Shown: positions 17,566-28,900 of the stretch, piece after piece
Layout of the letters: every line of letters starts with the position of its first letter
How positions within the stretch are numbered: position 1 is the stretch's first letter
NCBI GenBank assembly: GCA_965216325.1
Contig: OZ244160.1
Coordinates: 480,001 to 544,000, forward strand
Direction: 5' to 3'
Length of the DNA stretch: 64,000 nt
Source: Coraliomargarita sp.
GTDB lineage: Bacteria; Verrucomicrobiota; Verrucomicrobiia; Opitutales; Coraliomargaritaceae
Program-made: the position numbers and the translations under genes
Notes under the pieces: model-generated
Database searches by the model: none
What the model was told of the DNA's origin: nothing
Seen by the model: only the letters and a program-made list of their open reading frames with translations

Positions 17566-18837
17566 ATGAATAATTGTACCCGTCGCGATTTCGTCAAAGC
17601 TGCCGCAGTGTCCGCTGCCGCAGTTTCCACTTTTAACATCCTAGGCGCTCAAACCGTCAATGGTATCAGCACCCAAAAGGCTAAGGTCGGTTTGATCGGC
17701 TGTGGTGGGCGTGGTAATGGCGCGCTGGACCAATTTTTGCAGGCCTGCAAAATCCTCGGCATTGAGGTCGAAGTCGTGGCTGTGGCCGATGCGTTCCAAG
17801 ACCGTGTGAATGGTGCGCTCTCAAAGTTTCAGGTTGATGCCTCTAGGGGGCATGCCGGCTATGAGGCCTATCGTAAAGTGGCGGAGTCGGATGCCGAATT
17901 CGTTATCATGGCGACGCCCCCGAATTTTCGTCCGCAACACTTGGAGGCCTGTGTCGAAGCTGGAAAGCATTGCTTTATCGAAAAGCCTGTCGCGGTGGAT
18001 CCGGTCGGTGCGCGTAAAGTGATTGAGCTGGGCGAGCTCGCGAAAGCCAAGGGCTTGACGATTGTTGCTGGCACGCAACGTCGCTACGATGCGAAGTATC
18101 AGACCGCGAAGGCAAAGATTGATGCGGGGGCGATTGGTCAAATTGTCGGTGGTGTGGTGTCCTGGAACCACGTATTGCCGTGGATCTCCTCGCGTCAGCC
18201 AGGGCAAAGTGATGCGCAATACATGATGCGTAATTGGCTCAACTTTACCGAGCTTTCGGGGGATCACATCGTTGAGCAGCATGTGCATCAACTCGATATC
18301 ATGAATTGGTTTATTGGCCGCACCCCAGTGTCGTTCAATGGTATGGGAGGGCGTGCGCGTCGTGAGACCGGCAATCAGTTTGATTTCTTTAGTGTCGATA
18401 TCGACTACGGCGATGGCGTGCATATTCATAGCCAATGTCGCCAGATTTCGGGTTGCTATGATCGTGTGGGGGAGACCTTTCGCGGCACGGAAGGGCACAC
18501 GATTGGCACGAAGGTGAAGGGCAACGATGTCTCCGTGCCTGAGATTAAATTGGAAGCTGCCAGCATGGTTCAAGAGCACGTCGAGTTGATCAAGAGTGCG
18601 CGTGGATCAGGCACACCGCTGAATTGTGCGCAAGCCGTCGCGGAGGCAACACTCTGTGCGATCGGTGGACGTATTTCCGCTTATACCGGACAGCTGGTGC
18701 GTTGGGTGGATTTGGTCTCGAATGAGAAGTCGCCTCATTATGCGATGCAGCTGAGCCCGAGCGCTCTTGATTTTGAACGCGATACAGTCGTCCTACCACC
18801 CGAAGTGCCGCCAGTGCCAGGGAAACCAAGAGATTAA
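17566..18837 (+). CDS. Tat-exported Gfo/Idh/MocA oxidoreductase
   Basis: TRRDFVK twin-arginine signal; GLIGCGGRG, ATPPNFR, EKPVA, GTQRR, GDHIVEQHVHQLD. Confidence 0.93.
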   Translation: MNNCTRRDFVKAAAVSAAAVSTFNILGAQTVNGISTQKAKVGLIGCGGRGNGALDQFLQACKILGIEVEVVAVADAFQDRVNGALSKFQVDASRGHAGYEAYRKVAESDAEFVIMATPPNFRPQHLEACVEAGKHCFIEKPVAVDPVGARKVIELGELAKAKGLTIVAGTQRRYDAKYQTAKAKIDAGAIGQIVGGVVSWNHVLPWISSRQPGQSDAQYMMRNWLNFTELSGDHIVEQHVHQLDIMNWFIGRTPVSFNGMGGRARRETGNQFDFFSVDIDYGDGVHIHSQCRQISGCYDRVGETFRGTEGHTIGTKVKGNDVSVPEIKLEAASMVQEHVELIKSARGSGTPLNCAQAVAEATLCAIGGRISAYTGQLVRWVDLVSNEKSPHYAMQLSPSALDFERDTVVLPPEVPPVPGKPRD

Positions 18838-18909
18838 TTCTAAAACGAAACAAAAGTAACGCGATCATTAATTGCAGCGAAGAACCCACTTGCTGACTCA
18901 TGGCTCGCC

Positions 18910-19962
18910 ATGGTGACTTTCACCATGGCGGCGTTTGCCTCGGATAATCGAGCATATCGTTGCTTTATCTGTGGATTTTTCTTCGCCTTTGAGGTTGGGA
19001 GTGCTGCTTCAACTAAAGCTGCCCTACACTGTAATCTAAAGAAAGATGGGACATGGTTGATTGGGAAGCGTGATCCGGGTATCCAGGCCTGTTGCTACGC
19101 TTCATACTCAGAAAGGCCTGTGATTCTAGTCAGTTCAGCTTTGGTCGAGCGCTTGAATGATGCGGAGCTAACTTCTGTGATAGGCCATGAAATCGGCCAT
19201 TGGTTCTTCAAGCATAATGCATCAGGCCAGCGGTCTGTGGAACATCAGGGGGTTGAGCAGTTAAAAATACTGGCGGCTTCTAGGTGTGCGGAGATCAGTG
19301 CGGATCGTGCAGGGTTGTTGGCCTCGAAGAGTCTCAATGCGACCATTTCAGCCCTCATTAAGGTCTCCACTGGGTTGGATGATCAAAATATCCGGATGGA
19401 TGTTCAGAGCTTCCTCCAGCAATACAAAGAGATTGTCTCAAACGGTCCGAGTTCCAGTGAGGCGATGTCCACGCATCCATTTTTCCTCCTGCGCATTCGG
19501 GCACTGGTTATTTTTGCTCGGACGACAGCATACTACACCGAGATTGGGGCATCCTCAAAGAAGGGTTTAGATCATCAGGAAGTCGACGAATCCATCCATC
19601 GCGATCTGCGCAAAATCAGTGGTCTGTCAATTGATGAGGTCGACGATGATTTGGTGACTGAAATTCTGATTCTGGCCTCATTTTTTGTTTTTGCGGCGGA
19701 TGGCACTTTCTCGAAGGAAGAGCAGGCGTTTTTCCAGGAGACATTTGGCGAAATGGACCTTGGGCCGCACCTAAGGATGGTTCAGGAATTGGGGGTGAGG
19801 GGCTTGGGCCTTCGTTTGCGGCAGAAAATTGGAGCGCTGGGCGGAGTCAGTCAGGAAAACGAGGAGCGCATGAAGACCTTCTTTTCCGTGCTGACTCAGA
19901 CGTTTCCTCAAGATCATACCGAACCGCTCCGAGCGACCCTCAACAGTATAGGATTTGTTTAA
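18910..19962 (+). CDS. M48 family metalloprotease with a TerB-like C-terminus, probably 5'-damaged
   Basis: ELTSVIGHEIGH, SRCAEISADRAGL, STHP, then ADGTFSKEEQ. The first ~50 aa do not look M48-like, so the start is uncertain. Confidence 0.7.
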   Translation: MVTFTMAAFASDNRAYRCFICGFFFAFEVGSAASTKAALHCNLKKDGTWLIGKRDPGIQACCYASYSERPVILVSSALVERLNDAELTSVIGHEIGHWFFKHNASGQRSVEHQGVEQLKILAASRCAEISADRAGLLASKSLNATISALIKVSTGLDDQNIRMDVQSFLQQYKEIVSNGPSSSEAMSTHPFFLLRIRALVIFARTTAYYTEIGASSKKGLDHQEVDESIHRDLRKISGLSIDEVDDDLVTEILILASFFVFAADGTFSKEEQAFFQETFGEMDLGPHLRMVQELGVRGLGLRLRQKIGALGGVSQENEERMKTFFSVLTQTFPQDHTEPLRATLNSIGFV

Positions 19963-19963
19963 A

Positions 19964-19986
19964 ATTCCTGCCACATTCCTGCCACA
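19964..19986 (+). repeat. Tandem direct repeat ATTCCTGCCAC x2 (integrase arm-type-like site)
   Basis: Read directly; about 130 bp before the att core. Confidence 0.6.
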
Positions 19987-20114
19987 CTGAGCACCGACTT
20001 ATGCCCTTTATGGGCTCTTGTTGCCACTCGTCGGAGATTTGTCGGATTTTGCAAAACCCTACAAGTCAGCATTTAATACGATTTCGGGCGATTCGTTAAA
20101 TTCCCCCATCCGAT

Positions 20115-20134
20115 TTCAAGTCCCGCCCTGAGTA
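20115..20134 (+). mobile_element. att core: duplicated tRNA 3' end (probably tRNA-Leu), right border of the island
   Basis: TTCAAGTCCCGCCCTGAGTA = T-loop, T-stem 3' strand, acceptor 3' strand and discriminator A; no tRNA 5' part upstream; a terminator follows. Confidence 0.75.
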
Positions 20135-20139
20135 GTGAG

Positions 20140-20165
20140 AAAGCCCGCATTGCTGCGGGCTTTTT
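20140..20165. terminator. Rho-independent terminator, likely bidirectional
   Basis: AAAGCCCGCA-ttgc-TGCGGGCTTTTT. Confidence 0.85.
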
Positions 20166-20192
20166 GTGTCTTAATCTTGTCTCTTGTGGTGC

Positions 20193-21344
20193 TTAACCAA
20201 CCACGTTGGAAAGCTGGAAGATTGGCAGGAACATCGCCATTACGATACCACCGATTACAATACCTAGGAAACAAATGAGGAGTGGCTCCATGAGTGAGGT
20301 GAGTGCCGCAACGAGGGTTTCGACTTCGGCGTCGTAGAAGGCGGCCACTTTGAGGAGCATCCCGTCGACATTGCCTGTTTGCTCGCCAGCCTTACTCATG
20401 TGCTTAACCATTGGGGGAAAATAGGCGTTTCCAGCTACAATCTCGGATACTTGTCCGCCTTGGCTGATGTGTCGGGAGATGTCCTTGCAGGCTGCTTCGA
20501 TAAAAATGTTGTTGGACGCGTTTGCGACGATTTCCAGAGTGCGCAGAATCGGCACCCCTGAGCGCATGAGAATTGCATAGGTGCGGCAGAAGCGTGACAG
20601 GTTCACTTTACGTGAAAGTTCGCCCACAACCGGAATTTTAATGATGAACTTATCCTTGTGTGCGCGCCCCTTGGGGGTCGCGATGTATTTTTTCATCATC
20701 CATATGAAGCCAGCGATACCAATGATGATGAAGATGATGTATTTCTTTAGGAACTCACTGGTGTTGATCAGGATTTGGGTGGGTTTGGGTAGTTCGGAGC
20801 CAAACGAGGTGAACATTTCTGCAAAGACTGGAATGACCGCGACCAGAAGGACGTTGACCAGTAGGACGGCGAGGCCAATCACTGCGACCGGATACGTCAT
20901 GGCGCCCTTCACTTGGCGCATTAGTTTGACCATGTCTTCGAAATACATCGAGGTCTTGTCTAGGATTTCTGCTAAATTACCGGAGGCTTCACCCGCTTCG
21001 ACCATGGAGACAAACAAATTCGGGAAGGCGTTCGGGTAGTCGGTGCAGGCGTCCGAGAAGGAGCGCCCTGCTGAAACCTCTGTGCGCACATTGCGAATGA
21101 TGATGCGGAAGACCGGGTTTTCGGTCTGTTCTTCTTGGGCTTCCAGTGCGCTCACTAATGGGAGGCCGGCCTCAAGCATGGCTGAGAGCTGTTGGGTGAA
21201 CACGCAAAGTTGATCCAGTTTGATCTTTTTGCGCTTCGATTGCTTCTCATAGGCTTTTTGCTTCGCGAGCTTTTGGCCCTCCATGAAGCTGCCTTTTTTC
21301 TTTTGTTTGGGGGAATTGAGGGACGTCGGGTTCAGTTTTGCCAT
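20193..21344 (-). CDS. pilC: Type IV pilus / T2SS F-family inner membrane platform protein
   Basis: FTQQLSAMLEAGLPL, AGEASGNL, AMTYP, ELPKPT, GEQTG, SLMEP, AMFLPIF. Confidence 0.93.
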   Translation of the reverse strand: MAKLNPTSLNSPKQKKKGSFMEGQKLAKQKAYEKQSKRKKIKLDQLCVFTQQLSAMLEAGLPLVSALEAQEEQTENPVFRIIIRNVRTEVSAGRSFSDACTDYPNAFPNLFVSMVEAGEASGNLAEILDKTSMYFEDMVKLMRQVKGAMTYPVAVIGLAVLLVNVLLVAVIPVFAEMFTSFGSELPKPTQILINTSEFLKKYIIFIIIGIAGFIWMMKKYIATPKGRAHKDKFIIKIPVVGELSRKVNLSRFCRTYAILMRSGVPILRTLEIVANASNNIFIEAACKDISRHISQGGQVSEIVAGNAYFPPMVKHMSKAGEQTGNVDGMLLKVAAFYDAEVETLVAALTSLMEPLLICFLGIVIGGIVMAMFLPIFQLSNVVG

Positions 21345-21622
21345 AGTCAGTTGCTGGTATTTTGCTAATCATATGGGGAAAATCGACGAACTGTCTACAC
21401 AATGATTGCCATTATGCGTGGTGGTGCACTACTATTTACGAGAAATTAAATACCAATGGGGTATATCACTGGCTGTGGCCTGAGGGGGCCTAAATACTCG
21501 ATTTGGGGCGTTAAAAAATGCCTAAACTTAGAGTTGCTTTTCGATTGCCCTATTTTATTGTGCGCCGTTTCCCAATATCTGGGAGTCTACTTATTCCTAC
21601 CCAAACCCAAACTATTTTAGTC

Positions 21623-22282
21623 ATGAATCAATATAAGCTCAAAGTCGTAAATCGTGAAGAAGTCAGCCGTGGAGCGGTTCGTCGTCTGCGTGCTGCTGGC
21701 CAAATTCCTGCCAATGTCTATGGCAAGGGAGAGGCTCGCGCGATCCAGGTTTCTGCCGTTGAGTTTCGTGATCTCAGCCGTGAGATCGCTGGTGAAGCCG
21801 CTCTTGTTGAACTTAATGACGACAAGGGCGAAACAACGCTCACCCAAGTTAAAAGTGTTCAGCGCAATGCCATCAAGGGCGGCATTGATCACATCGATTT
21901 TCAACTGGTCACTCGTGGCGAGGCCATGACGACGAACATCCCTGTTAGCCTCGTCAATGAGTCTGACTGTGTTGGTGTTCGAGTTGATGGCGGTATGGTC
22001 GAAGTTCAACTCCACGAAGTGGAAGTGCGCTGTCGTCCATCCAAGATGCCTGACAATGTTCCTGTTGATGTTGCCGAACTGAAGGCTGGTGAGTCGATCC
22101 ACGTTCGTAACCTTCCCGCAATTGACGGCGTTGAGTATCTTGGTAACGAAGATACCGTAGTCGTTGCTTGCGCGGCTGCCAAGATCGTTGCGGAATCAGC
22201 ACCCGCTGCTGAAGCAGCGGCACCAACCGAGGAGGCTGCACCTGAGGCCGAAGCTGCCGAAGAAGCTCCAGCTGAATCTTAA
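21623..22282 (+). CDS. rplY: 50S ribosomal protein L25/Ctc
   Basis: RRLRAAGQIPANVYG, HIDF, Ctc C-domain, acidic tail; ATG at 21623 preferred over 21518. Confidence 0.95.
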   Translation: MNQYKLKVVNREEVSRGAVRRLRAAGQIPANVYGKGEARAIQVSAVEFRDLSREIAGEAALVELNDDKGETTLTQVKSVQRNAIKGGIDHIDFQLVTRGEAMTTNIPVSLVNESDCVGVRVDGGMVEVQLHEVEVRCRPSKMPDNVPVDVAELKAGESIHVRNLPAIDGVEYLGNEDTVVVACAAAKIVAESAPAAEAAAPTEEAAPEAEAAEEAPAES

Positions 22283-22296
22283 ACACCTTTAATCCT

Positions 22297-22327
22297 GCGG
22301 CGCGTAGCTTGCTACGCGCCGCTTTTT
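22297..22327 (+). terminator. Terminator-like hairpin between rplY and pth
   Basis: GCGGCGCGTAGC-tt-GCTACGCGCCGC followed by T5. Confidence 0.8.
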
Positions 22328-22339
22328 GTTCTTTTACAT

Positions 22340-22927
22340 ATGTCCATCGCGGTAATTGCCGGTCTAGGAAATCCCGGACTGAAATACCGCAACACCCGAC
22401 ACAATATCGGATTCGATGTTGTGGACCGACTGGCTGCCCGAGAAGGGGCTAGTTGGAAGGCTGACGCCCGGCTAGAAGCCGAAGTGGCAGCTGTTGTCCA
22501 TGGCGATCGCAAGCTGATGTTGGTGAAGCCGCAGACTTTTATGAATGCTAGCGGGCGCTCTTTGGGAGCCGTGCTGCGCTATCGAAAGTTGCCGGCAGAG
22601 TCGATGCTCGTCATTTATGATGATATTACGCTCGACCTTGCCCGTCCGAAGCTCAGTCACAGTGGCAGCGCCGGAGGTCATAACGGAATTTCTGATCTTC
22701 TGGATCAAGTCGGGAAAGGCTTTCTTCGCTATCGTATCGGAATCGGAGCCAAGCCGCACAAAACAATGGACCTCGCCGATTATGTTCTCAGTAAATTCAC
22801 TGCGGACGAACAACAACTTTTGGCCGATCGCATGCCGACTTATCTCGATCACCTCGCACTGGTGATTGACAAGGGCGTCGAGACCGCCATGAACACCATC
22901 AATCAACGAAACGCCTCTCAACTATGA
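22340..22927 (+). CDS. pth: Peptidyl-tRNA hydrolase
   Basis: GLGNPG..Y..TRHNIGF, KPQTFMNASG, GGHNG. Confidence 0.97.
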   Translation: MSIAVIAGLGNPGLKYRNTRHNIGFDVVDRLAAREGASWKADARLEAEVAAVVHGDRKLMLVKPQTFMNASGRSLGAVLRYRKLPAESMLVIYDDITLDLARPKLSHSGSAGGHNGISDLLDQVGKGFLRYRIGIGAKPHKTMDLADYVLSKFTADEQQLLADRMPTYLDHLALVIDKGVETAMNTINQRNASQL

Positions 22928-23220
22928 GCGCCACAACCAATAACTATAAATTCTCTTTCATCCTCGACCTTCGTAACACCGAAGACGATGCCGCTAAGGT
23001 CGTGGAAGATATCAAGCAGACACTGACTGTCGTCGGTGGTGAAGCCACTTCGACTGAAGACCTCGGTGTGCGCGAGTTCTCTCGTGCAGCAGACCGCCGC
23101 TTCGCGCAAGGTCACTACATCCAGATGGAAGTCGCTGGCCCAGGTTCCGTTCCTGCAGCACTTAAGGATAAGCTGATTCACGACAAGCGCGTGAACCGCA
23201 TCTTCGTCGAGAACGCCTAA
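22924..23220 (+). CDS. rpsF: 30S ribosomal protein S6
   Basis: 98 aa, Y...FIL, LG.R.F, G.Y; located before ssb. Confidence 0.85.
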   Translation: MSATTNNYKFSFILDLRNTEDDAAKVVEDIKQTLTVVGGEATSTEDLGVREFSRAADRRFAQGHYIQMEVAGPGSVPAALKDKLIHDKRVNRIFVENA

Positions 23221-23265
23221 TCGCAGTCTTAGCCGGCTACCACCAGAACCCAGAACGCAAACGCC

Positions 23266-23730
23266 ATGGCTTCCTTCAATAAAGTCATCCTCATGGGAAA
23301 CCTAACCCGCGACCCTGAGACACGTGTCACGCCGTCCGGCTTGACCATTTGCAAAATGGGTTTGGCGGTGTCCCGCCGCTATAGCACTAAGGACGGTGAC
23401 AGCCGCGAAGAAACCACCTTCGTGGATGTCGATGCATTCGGGCGTCAAGCCGAGGTGATCACCAAATACCTGCGCAAGGGTAGCCCAATCTTCATGGAAG
23501 GCCGCCTACGTTTTGACCAATGGGAAACAAACGACGGTCAAAAACGCAGCAAGCTCGGCGTTGTGCTGGAAAATTTCCAGTTCGTCGGTGGTAATCGCGA
23601 CGAAAACGGTGGCTCCGGATCTTCCGGTGGCTACGAAAACAGCTCGCCTCCAGCACGTTCCAGCAACTCCGGTAGCAGCGAAAACTTCGCAAGTGCCGAC
23701 GATACACTGGACGAAGACGTCCCGTTCTAA
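23266..23730 (+). CDS. ssb: Single-stranded DNA-binding protein
   Basis: NKVILMGNLTRDPE ... C-terminal DEDVPF. Confidence 0.98.
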   Translation: MASFNKVILMGNLTRDPETRVTPSGLTICKMGLAVSRRYSTKDGDSREETTFVDVDAFGRQAEVITKYLRKGSPIFMEGRLRFDQWETNDGQKRSKLGVVLENFQFVGGNRDENGGSGSSGGYENSSPPARSSNSGSSENFASADDTLDEDVPF

Positions 23731-23791
23731 ACCAACCTTCTATACGAATCCGCGATCCGTTCGCACACTCATTTAAATAAAGGATAATACA

Positions 23792-24295
<504 letters not shown>

Positions 24296-24335
24296 GTTTT
24301 TCAGTGCGGTTCAAGTGTTTAAAGCTTAACGACTG

Positions 24336-25790
24336 ATGCCGCCTGAATCAACGCCACAAGGAACCCGAGGGCGCGGCCGTGGAGGCCGCGACCTTCGGGA
24401 CCGGCGTCAAAATCCGGATATTGATCCGGAGTCGCTGCGTGTGCAGCCACATAATGTTGAGGCCGAAGAGGGCCTGTTGGCCGCCTGTTTGATTGATGGC
24501 GGCCGTGAGGTGCTGACCGACTGTATCGAAGCGAAGATCCTGCCGGAGTATTTTTACAAGGCCTCACACCAAGAGATTTATCGAGCCCTGCTCGAACTCT
24601 ACGCGACCGGTGACCCCGTGGATGAAATTTTGCTCATCGAGCACCTGCGTAAGAATGGGCAGGAGGATGACGTTGGTGGCATCAGTGCCATCTACACGAT
24701 TCAAGACCGCATCGAAACGCCGGCTCACGCGCGTTACTTCGCTAAGATCGTTCACGAGAAGTATTTGCTGCGTCGTCTGATTCGCACTTCTCGCGAGGCG
24801 ATTGAGGCCTGTTACGAGCAGCAGGAGGATATCAGCTCCTTCATTGAGAAGATCGAGCAAGATATTCACATGATTAGCACCGGTCGTGTGACCGAAGGTG
24901 CGATTCCGATTAAAGATTCGGTCAACGAGGCGGTCAGTAACATCAAGGCGCTGCTGGATGGCAGCGCGGAAGACATCGACGGTGTCTTGTCGGGCTTCCG
25001 TGACTTGGATGGCATGACCTATGGCTTTCATCCTGGTCAGATGATTGTGTTGGCGGCTCGTCCGTCGGTGGGCAAGACCTCCTTGGCGATGAATTTCGCT
25101 GAGCATGCATTGCTTCCAGATGGAGGGCGCAAATCGTCGGGTGTGCTGGTCTTCAGTTTGGAAATGACTGCGTCCGACCTTGCGATGCGTTTGATTTGCA
25201 GCCGTGCCCGTGTCGACATGAAGCGTATCCGTGACCGAATCGCGTCGGGGCAAGACCAACGCGACCTCGCACAGGCTGCGAAGGAAATCGGTGATGTGCC
25301 GCTCTGGATTGACGAAAATTCCAGCTCCACGATTCTCGACATCCGTGCCAAGGCGCGCCGCGTCGACACCAAGCACCGCCTCGGTTTGGTCGTGATTGAC
25401 TACTTGCAGCTGATTCGTGGTGCGGATCCACGCATCCCTCGCGAACAACAGATTGCCGATATTTCCCGTGGTGTGAAAGGCATGGCAAAGGAACTGGGCG
25501 TTCCGGTGGTTGTGCTCTCTCAGTTGAACCGTGATTCGGAAAAAGAAAATCGTGACCCGCGTCTGTCCGACCTGCGTGAATCCGGTTCGATTGAGCAGGA
25601 TGCCGACGTGGTCCTGATCCTGCACCGCCCGAAGAAGACCGACGATGATGACGGCATTCAGGACGGTGGGATGCCCGGTGATGTGGAGCACATCAAATTA
25701 ATCATTGCAAAGCAACGTAACGGACCAATAGGTGATATCGATCTCACCTTTAGGCGTAACTTTACACGCTACGAGAATTACCAACGTTAA
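24336..25790 (+). CDS. dnaB: Replicative DNA helicase
   Basis: [45 protein letters not shown]. Confidence 0.98.
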   Translation: MPPESTPQGTRGRGRGGRDLRDRRQNPDIDPESLRVQPHNVEAEEGLLAACLIDGGREVLTDCIEAKILPEYFYKASHQEIYRALLELYATGDPVDEILLIEHLRKNGQEDDVGGISAIYTIQDRIETPAHARYFAKIVHEKYLLRRLIRTSREAIEACYEQQEDISSFIEKIEQDIHMISTGRVTEGAIPIKDSVNEAVSNIKALLDGSAEDIDGVLSGFRDLDGMTYGFHPGQMIVLAARPSVGKTSLAMNFAEHALLPDGGRKSSGVLVFSLEMTASDLAMRLICSRARVDMKRIRDRIASGQDQRDLAQAAKEIGDVPLWIDENSSSTILDIRAKARRVDTKHRLGLVVIDYLQLIRGADPRIPREQQIADISRGVKGMAKELGVPVVVLSQLNRDSEKENRDPRLSDLRESGSIEQDADVVLILHRPKKTDDDDGIQDGGMPGDVEHIKLIIAKQRNGPIGDIDLTFRRNFTRYENYQR

Positions 25791-25817
25791 GACCTTCCCG
25801 GCCTACACATTTAGTAT

Positions 25818-28178
25818 ATGCGATTGTCCAAATCCCTGATCCGCCCTTTGTTCTGTCTCTGCTGCTTGTTCAGCGGAGCTTTTTTGTATGCGCAGCAAGA
25901 GGCGTCGCAATCTTACCCGCTGATCGAAGAGATCACGCTGGAGTTCGATGGCTTCCAGTCTGTCAGTGACGAGTATGTGTTCAATCACATCCAGTTGCGT
26001 GAGGGGATGAACTACAATCCGGCGCTGGTGGATCAGTCGATTCGTAGCCTCTACAATACCAATTACTTCGAGTATGTTGAGTTGGTCGTAAACGATGCCG
26101 AGGGCGGGGCGATCGATGTGGTGATCAAGCTGATCCCGAAATACACCATCGGAAAGATCGTCTACAACGGTAATGAGGCCTATAAGAACAGTCGCCTTGC
26201 AAACAAGGGAGAGCTCGAAGTGGGCACTTCCCTTGACGAGTATGAGGTTAACGAAGCCGCCGAACGTATTGAAGCCTATTACGTTGAGAAGGGGTATTCC
26301 GATGCTGCGGTTGATTACCGAATCTCACGCGATCGCGATACCGGCTATGCGACTGTATTCTTCGATATTGAAGAGAGCACTAAGGTGAAAATCACCAAGA
26401 TTTTCTTCGATGGCAACGAGTCCTTCAAAGACAGCAAGCTGCGTAAGGTGCTTCAGACCAAAAAGAGCAATTGGCTGTCATGGATCACGGGTGACGGTAA
26501 ATTCGATGAGATTAAGTTTAAGGAGGACCTTGAACTACTGAGACAGTTCTATCGCAACGAAGGTTACTTGGATGTTAAAGTCGATGAGTCTGAAATCGAT
26601 ATGGTATTCAAGACCGAGAAGAAGATGCATCTGACAATTGCGGTGCACGAAGGTAAGCAATACTCGCTCGGCGAGATGAGTGTCGAAGGTGCAACCATCT
26701 TTACTGAAGGTGAGCTCCTCAATGCAGTTAAAATTCAGCCTGGAGAAGCCTTCTCTCCGGCTGGTATCGACGATGCGGCCACTGCAGTGCGTGAGTATTT
26801 TACTTCTCGCGGTTATCTGGAAACCCGTGTGCGTGCGGAACGTGTTTCCAATATGGAGACCCGTGAGATCGACGTGGTTTTCCGTGTGCGTGAGAGTGAG
26901 AAGTTCTATGTCGAATCGATCAAGATCGAGGGTAACACCAAGACGAAGTCGAAGGTCATCATCCGTGAGCTGGCCCTACGTCCAGGCGATGTGTTCGACA
27001 TGACACGCATGGACACTAGCCAGCGTCGTTTGCAGAATACCCGTTTCTTTGAAGATGTTCGTCTCAACCCCGAAGATACCAACATTCCGGGCCGTAAAGA
27101 CCTGAGTGTTGCCGTTCGCGAAGGGCGCACCGGTAGTTTCTCATTCGGTGCCGGTTTTGGTTCGGTCGAAAGTGCAGTGGTCTTCTTCGAGATGCGTCAG
27201 GGTAACTTTGACCTCTTCAACTGGCGCTCCGGTTTCCAAGGCGATGGCCAGAAGTTCCGTGTCCGTGCTTCGATCGGCACGGATAGTAATCAGATCCTGA
27301 TCGCCTTCGAAGAGCCGTGGTTGTTCGAACAGCGTTTGGCTTTCGGTGTTGAGCTCTTCCGCACAGAGTCTGACTTCCAAAGTAGTGAGTATAACGAACT
27401 GCGCACTGGTTTTGAGCTTTATCTGCGCCGTCGTCTGTTCGAATTGGTCGAAGCACGTTTGTCGTATCGTCTGGAGTCGGTTGAGATTAAGGATGTGGAT
27501 AAGGGAACTTATCCAGATGCTGATGATGGCATTGCGGATGTTTTTCAGGAGGCTGTAGGTAAGGATGTTGTATCCAAGGTAGGATTAACACTGCTCCGGG
27601 ATACGCGTGATTCTTTGCTGTTCACACGTAAAGGTAATCGCACCACAGTTCTTAACGAGTGGGCCGGCCTTGGTGGTGATGTGGATTACTACAAGTTTGA
27701 GACCCGCACCGCCCACTATATTCCTACGTTTGACTACCTCGATCAGACGTTCTCGATTATTGGTCGCTTAGGCACAGCTATCCCATATGGCAGTAGCGAT
27801 GATGTTCCATTCTACGACCGTTTCTACCTCGGTGGTCCGGACACGCTTCGTGGTTATGACTATCGTGATGTTAGTCCGCGTGATGCTGACGACGAGGACG
27901 AAGCAATTGGTGGTAACACTTACGGTCTGCTCTCCTTTGAATATACTTTCCGTGTGGCGGAACCTTTGGGCTTCGCGCTTTTCTATGATGCTGGTTTCGT
28001 GAACGAAGATGATACAGATTTCAGCACGTCTGATTACGCGGACAACTGGGGGGTCGGTGTGCGTTTGATGATGTTGGGCTCTCCGTTGAAGCTTGATTTG
28101 GGCTTCCCGATCTCAAATCCGGACTACGTCGATGCCAGCGGTTCGCAATTTCACTTTTCGTTTGGCACGCGCTTCTAA
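25818..28178 (+). CDS. bamA: Outer membrane protein assembly factor
   Basis: POTRA repeats, GNTKTK..VI.REL, FYLGG..TLRGY, terminal Phe. Confidence 0.96.
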   Translation: MRLSKSLIRPLFCLCCLFSGAFLYAQQEASQSYPLIEEITLEFDGFQSVSDEYVFNHIQLREGMNYNPALVDQSIRSLYNTNYFEYVELVVNDAEGGAIDVVIKLIPKYTIGKIVYNGNEAYKNSRLANKGELEVGTSLDEYEVNEAAERIEAYYVEKGYSDAAVDYRISRDRDTGYATVFFDIEESTKVKITKIFFDGNESFKDSKLRKVLQTKKSNWLSWITGDGKFDEIKFKEDLELLRQFYRNEGYLDVKVDESEIDMVFKTEKKMHLTIAVHEGKQYSLGEMSVEGATIFTEGELLNAVKIQPGEAFSPAGIDDAATAVREYFTSRGYLETRVRAERVSNMETREIDVVFRVRESEKFYVESIKIEGNTKTKSKVIIRELALRPGDVFDMTRMDTSQRRLQNTRFFEDVRLNPEDTNIPGRKDLSVAVREGRTGSFSFGAGFGSVESAVVFFEMRQGNFDLFNWRSGFQGDGQKFRVRASIGTDSNQILIAFEEPWLFEQRLAFGVELFRTESDFQSSEYNELRTGFELYLRRRLFELVEARLSYRLESVEIKDVDKGTYPDADDGIADVFQEAVGKDVVSKVGLTLLRDTRDSLLFTRKGNRTTVLNEWAGLGGDVDYYKFETRTAHYIPTFDYLDQTFSIIGRLGTAIPYGSSDDVPFYDRFYLGGPDTLRGYDYRDVSPRDADDEDEAIGGNTYGLLSFEYTFRVAEPLGFALFYDAGFVNEDDTDFSTSDYADNWGVGVRLMMLGSPLKLDLGFPISNPDYVDASGSQFHFSFGTRF

Positions 28179-28236
28179 CGCTGTTTAATACGCAGCCACT
28201 TTCATCACTACAACTAATACGATTATCTCACACATA

Positions 28237-28830
28237 ATGAAAAAGATCTCTCTCACATTCTTGGCTTCCATTTTCGCGATTTCTTCGCTGGTAGGCCAAT
28301 CGACTCTCGGCTCCGTTGATATGCCTAAGCTGTTGAACGGCTATGAAGCGTATCAATCCGCAAAGGAAAAGTATCAGGGTGCAATCGCTCCAGCTGAAGA
28401 GGAACTGAAGAACGCGCAAGTGCTCTTGGGCGAAATGCGTGATAAGGGCCAAGAGTTGGAAGCTAAGGTGGCGAACCCTGCACTCAGTGAAGACGCGATT
28501 GCCGCGGCCAAGGAGGAGCTTGCTCAATTGACTGTTGAATTCCGTCAAAAGGGTGCTCAGTTCCAGCAATTCCAACAGCAGGCTCAGGCTCTACGCAACC
28601 AAAGCCGCCAGAAGATTCTGCTGCCACTCGAGCTCAAGGCGCGTCAGGCATGCATGACGGTTGCTAAGGATAAGGGCATCGATTTGCTCGTTGAATCCTC
28701 TGAGGTAACTGTAAAGGAAAGTGAAGAAAGCTCCTTCACCGTCTTCCGTGGCACTGTGATCTTTGCTTCTGAAGATATTGATGTTACCGATGCGGTCATT
28801 GCTTTGCTCAATGCTGAAGCCGCTGAGTAA
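28237..28830 (+). CDS. skp: OmpH/Skp periplasmic chaperone
   Basis: Signal peptide, coiled coil, terminal DVTDAVI; lies between bamA and lpxD. Confidence 0.88.
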   Translation: MKKISLTFLASIFAISSLVGQSTLGSVDMPKLLNGYEAYQSAKEKYQGAIAPAEEELKNAQVLLGEMRDKGQELEAKVANPALSEDAIAAAKEELAQLTVEFRQKGAQFQQFQQQAQALRNQSRQKILLPLELKARQACMTVAKDKGIDLLVESSEVTVKESEESSFTVFRGTVIFASEDIDVTDAVIALLNAEAAE

Positions 28831-28854
28831 ATCGGCAGCACCGTGAATTTATCG

Positions 28855-28890
<36 letters not shown>

Positions 28891-28900
28891 CATCACAGCC

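Noticed and set aside
20050..20134. Complete tRNA gene
   Set aside because: No D arm, anticodon arm or matching 5' acceptor strand; only the 3' end is present.
21518..21622. N-terminal extension of L25
   Set aside because: L25 similarity starts at Met 21623; the upstream part looks like promoter/UTR.
24336..25790. Intein in DnaB
   Set aside because: Normal length with contiguous helicase motifs.
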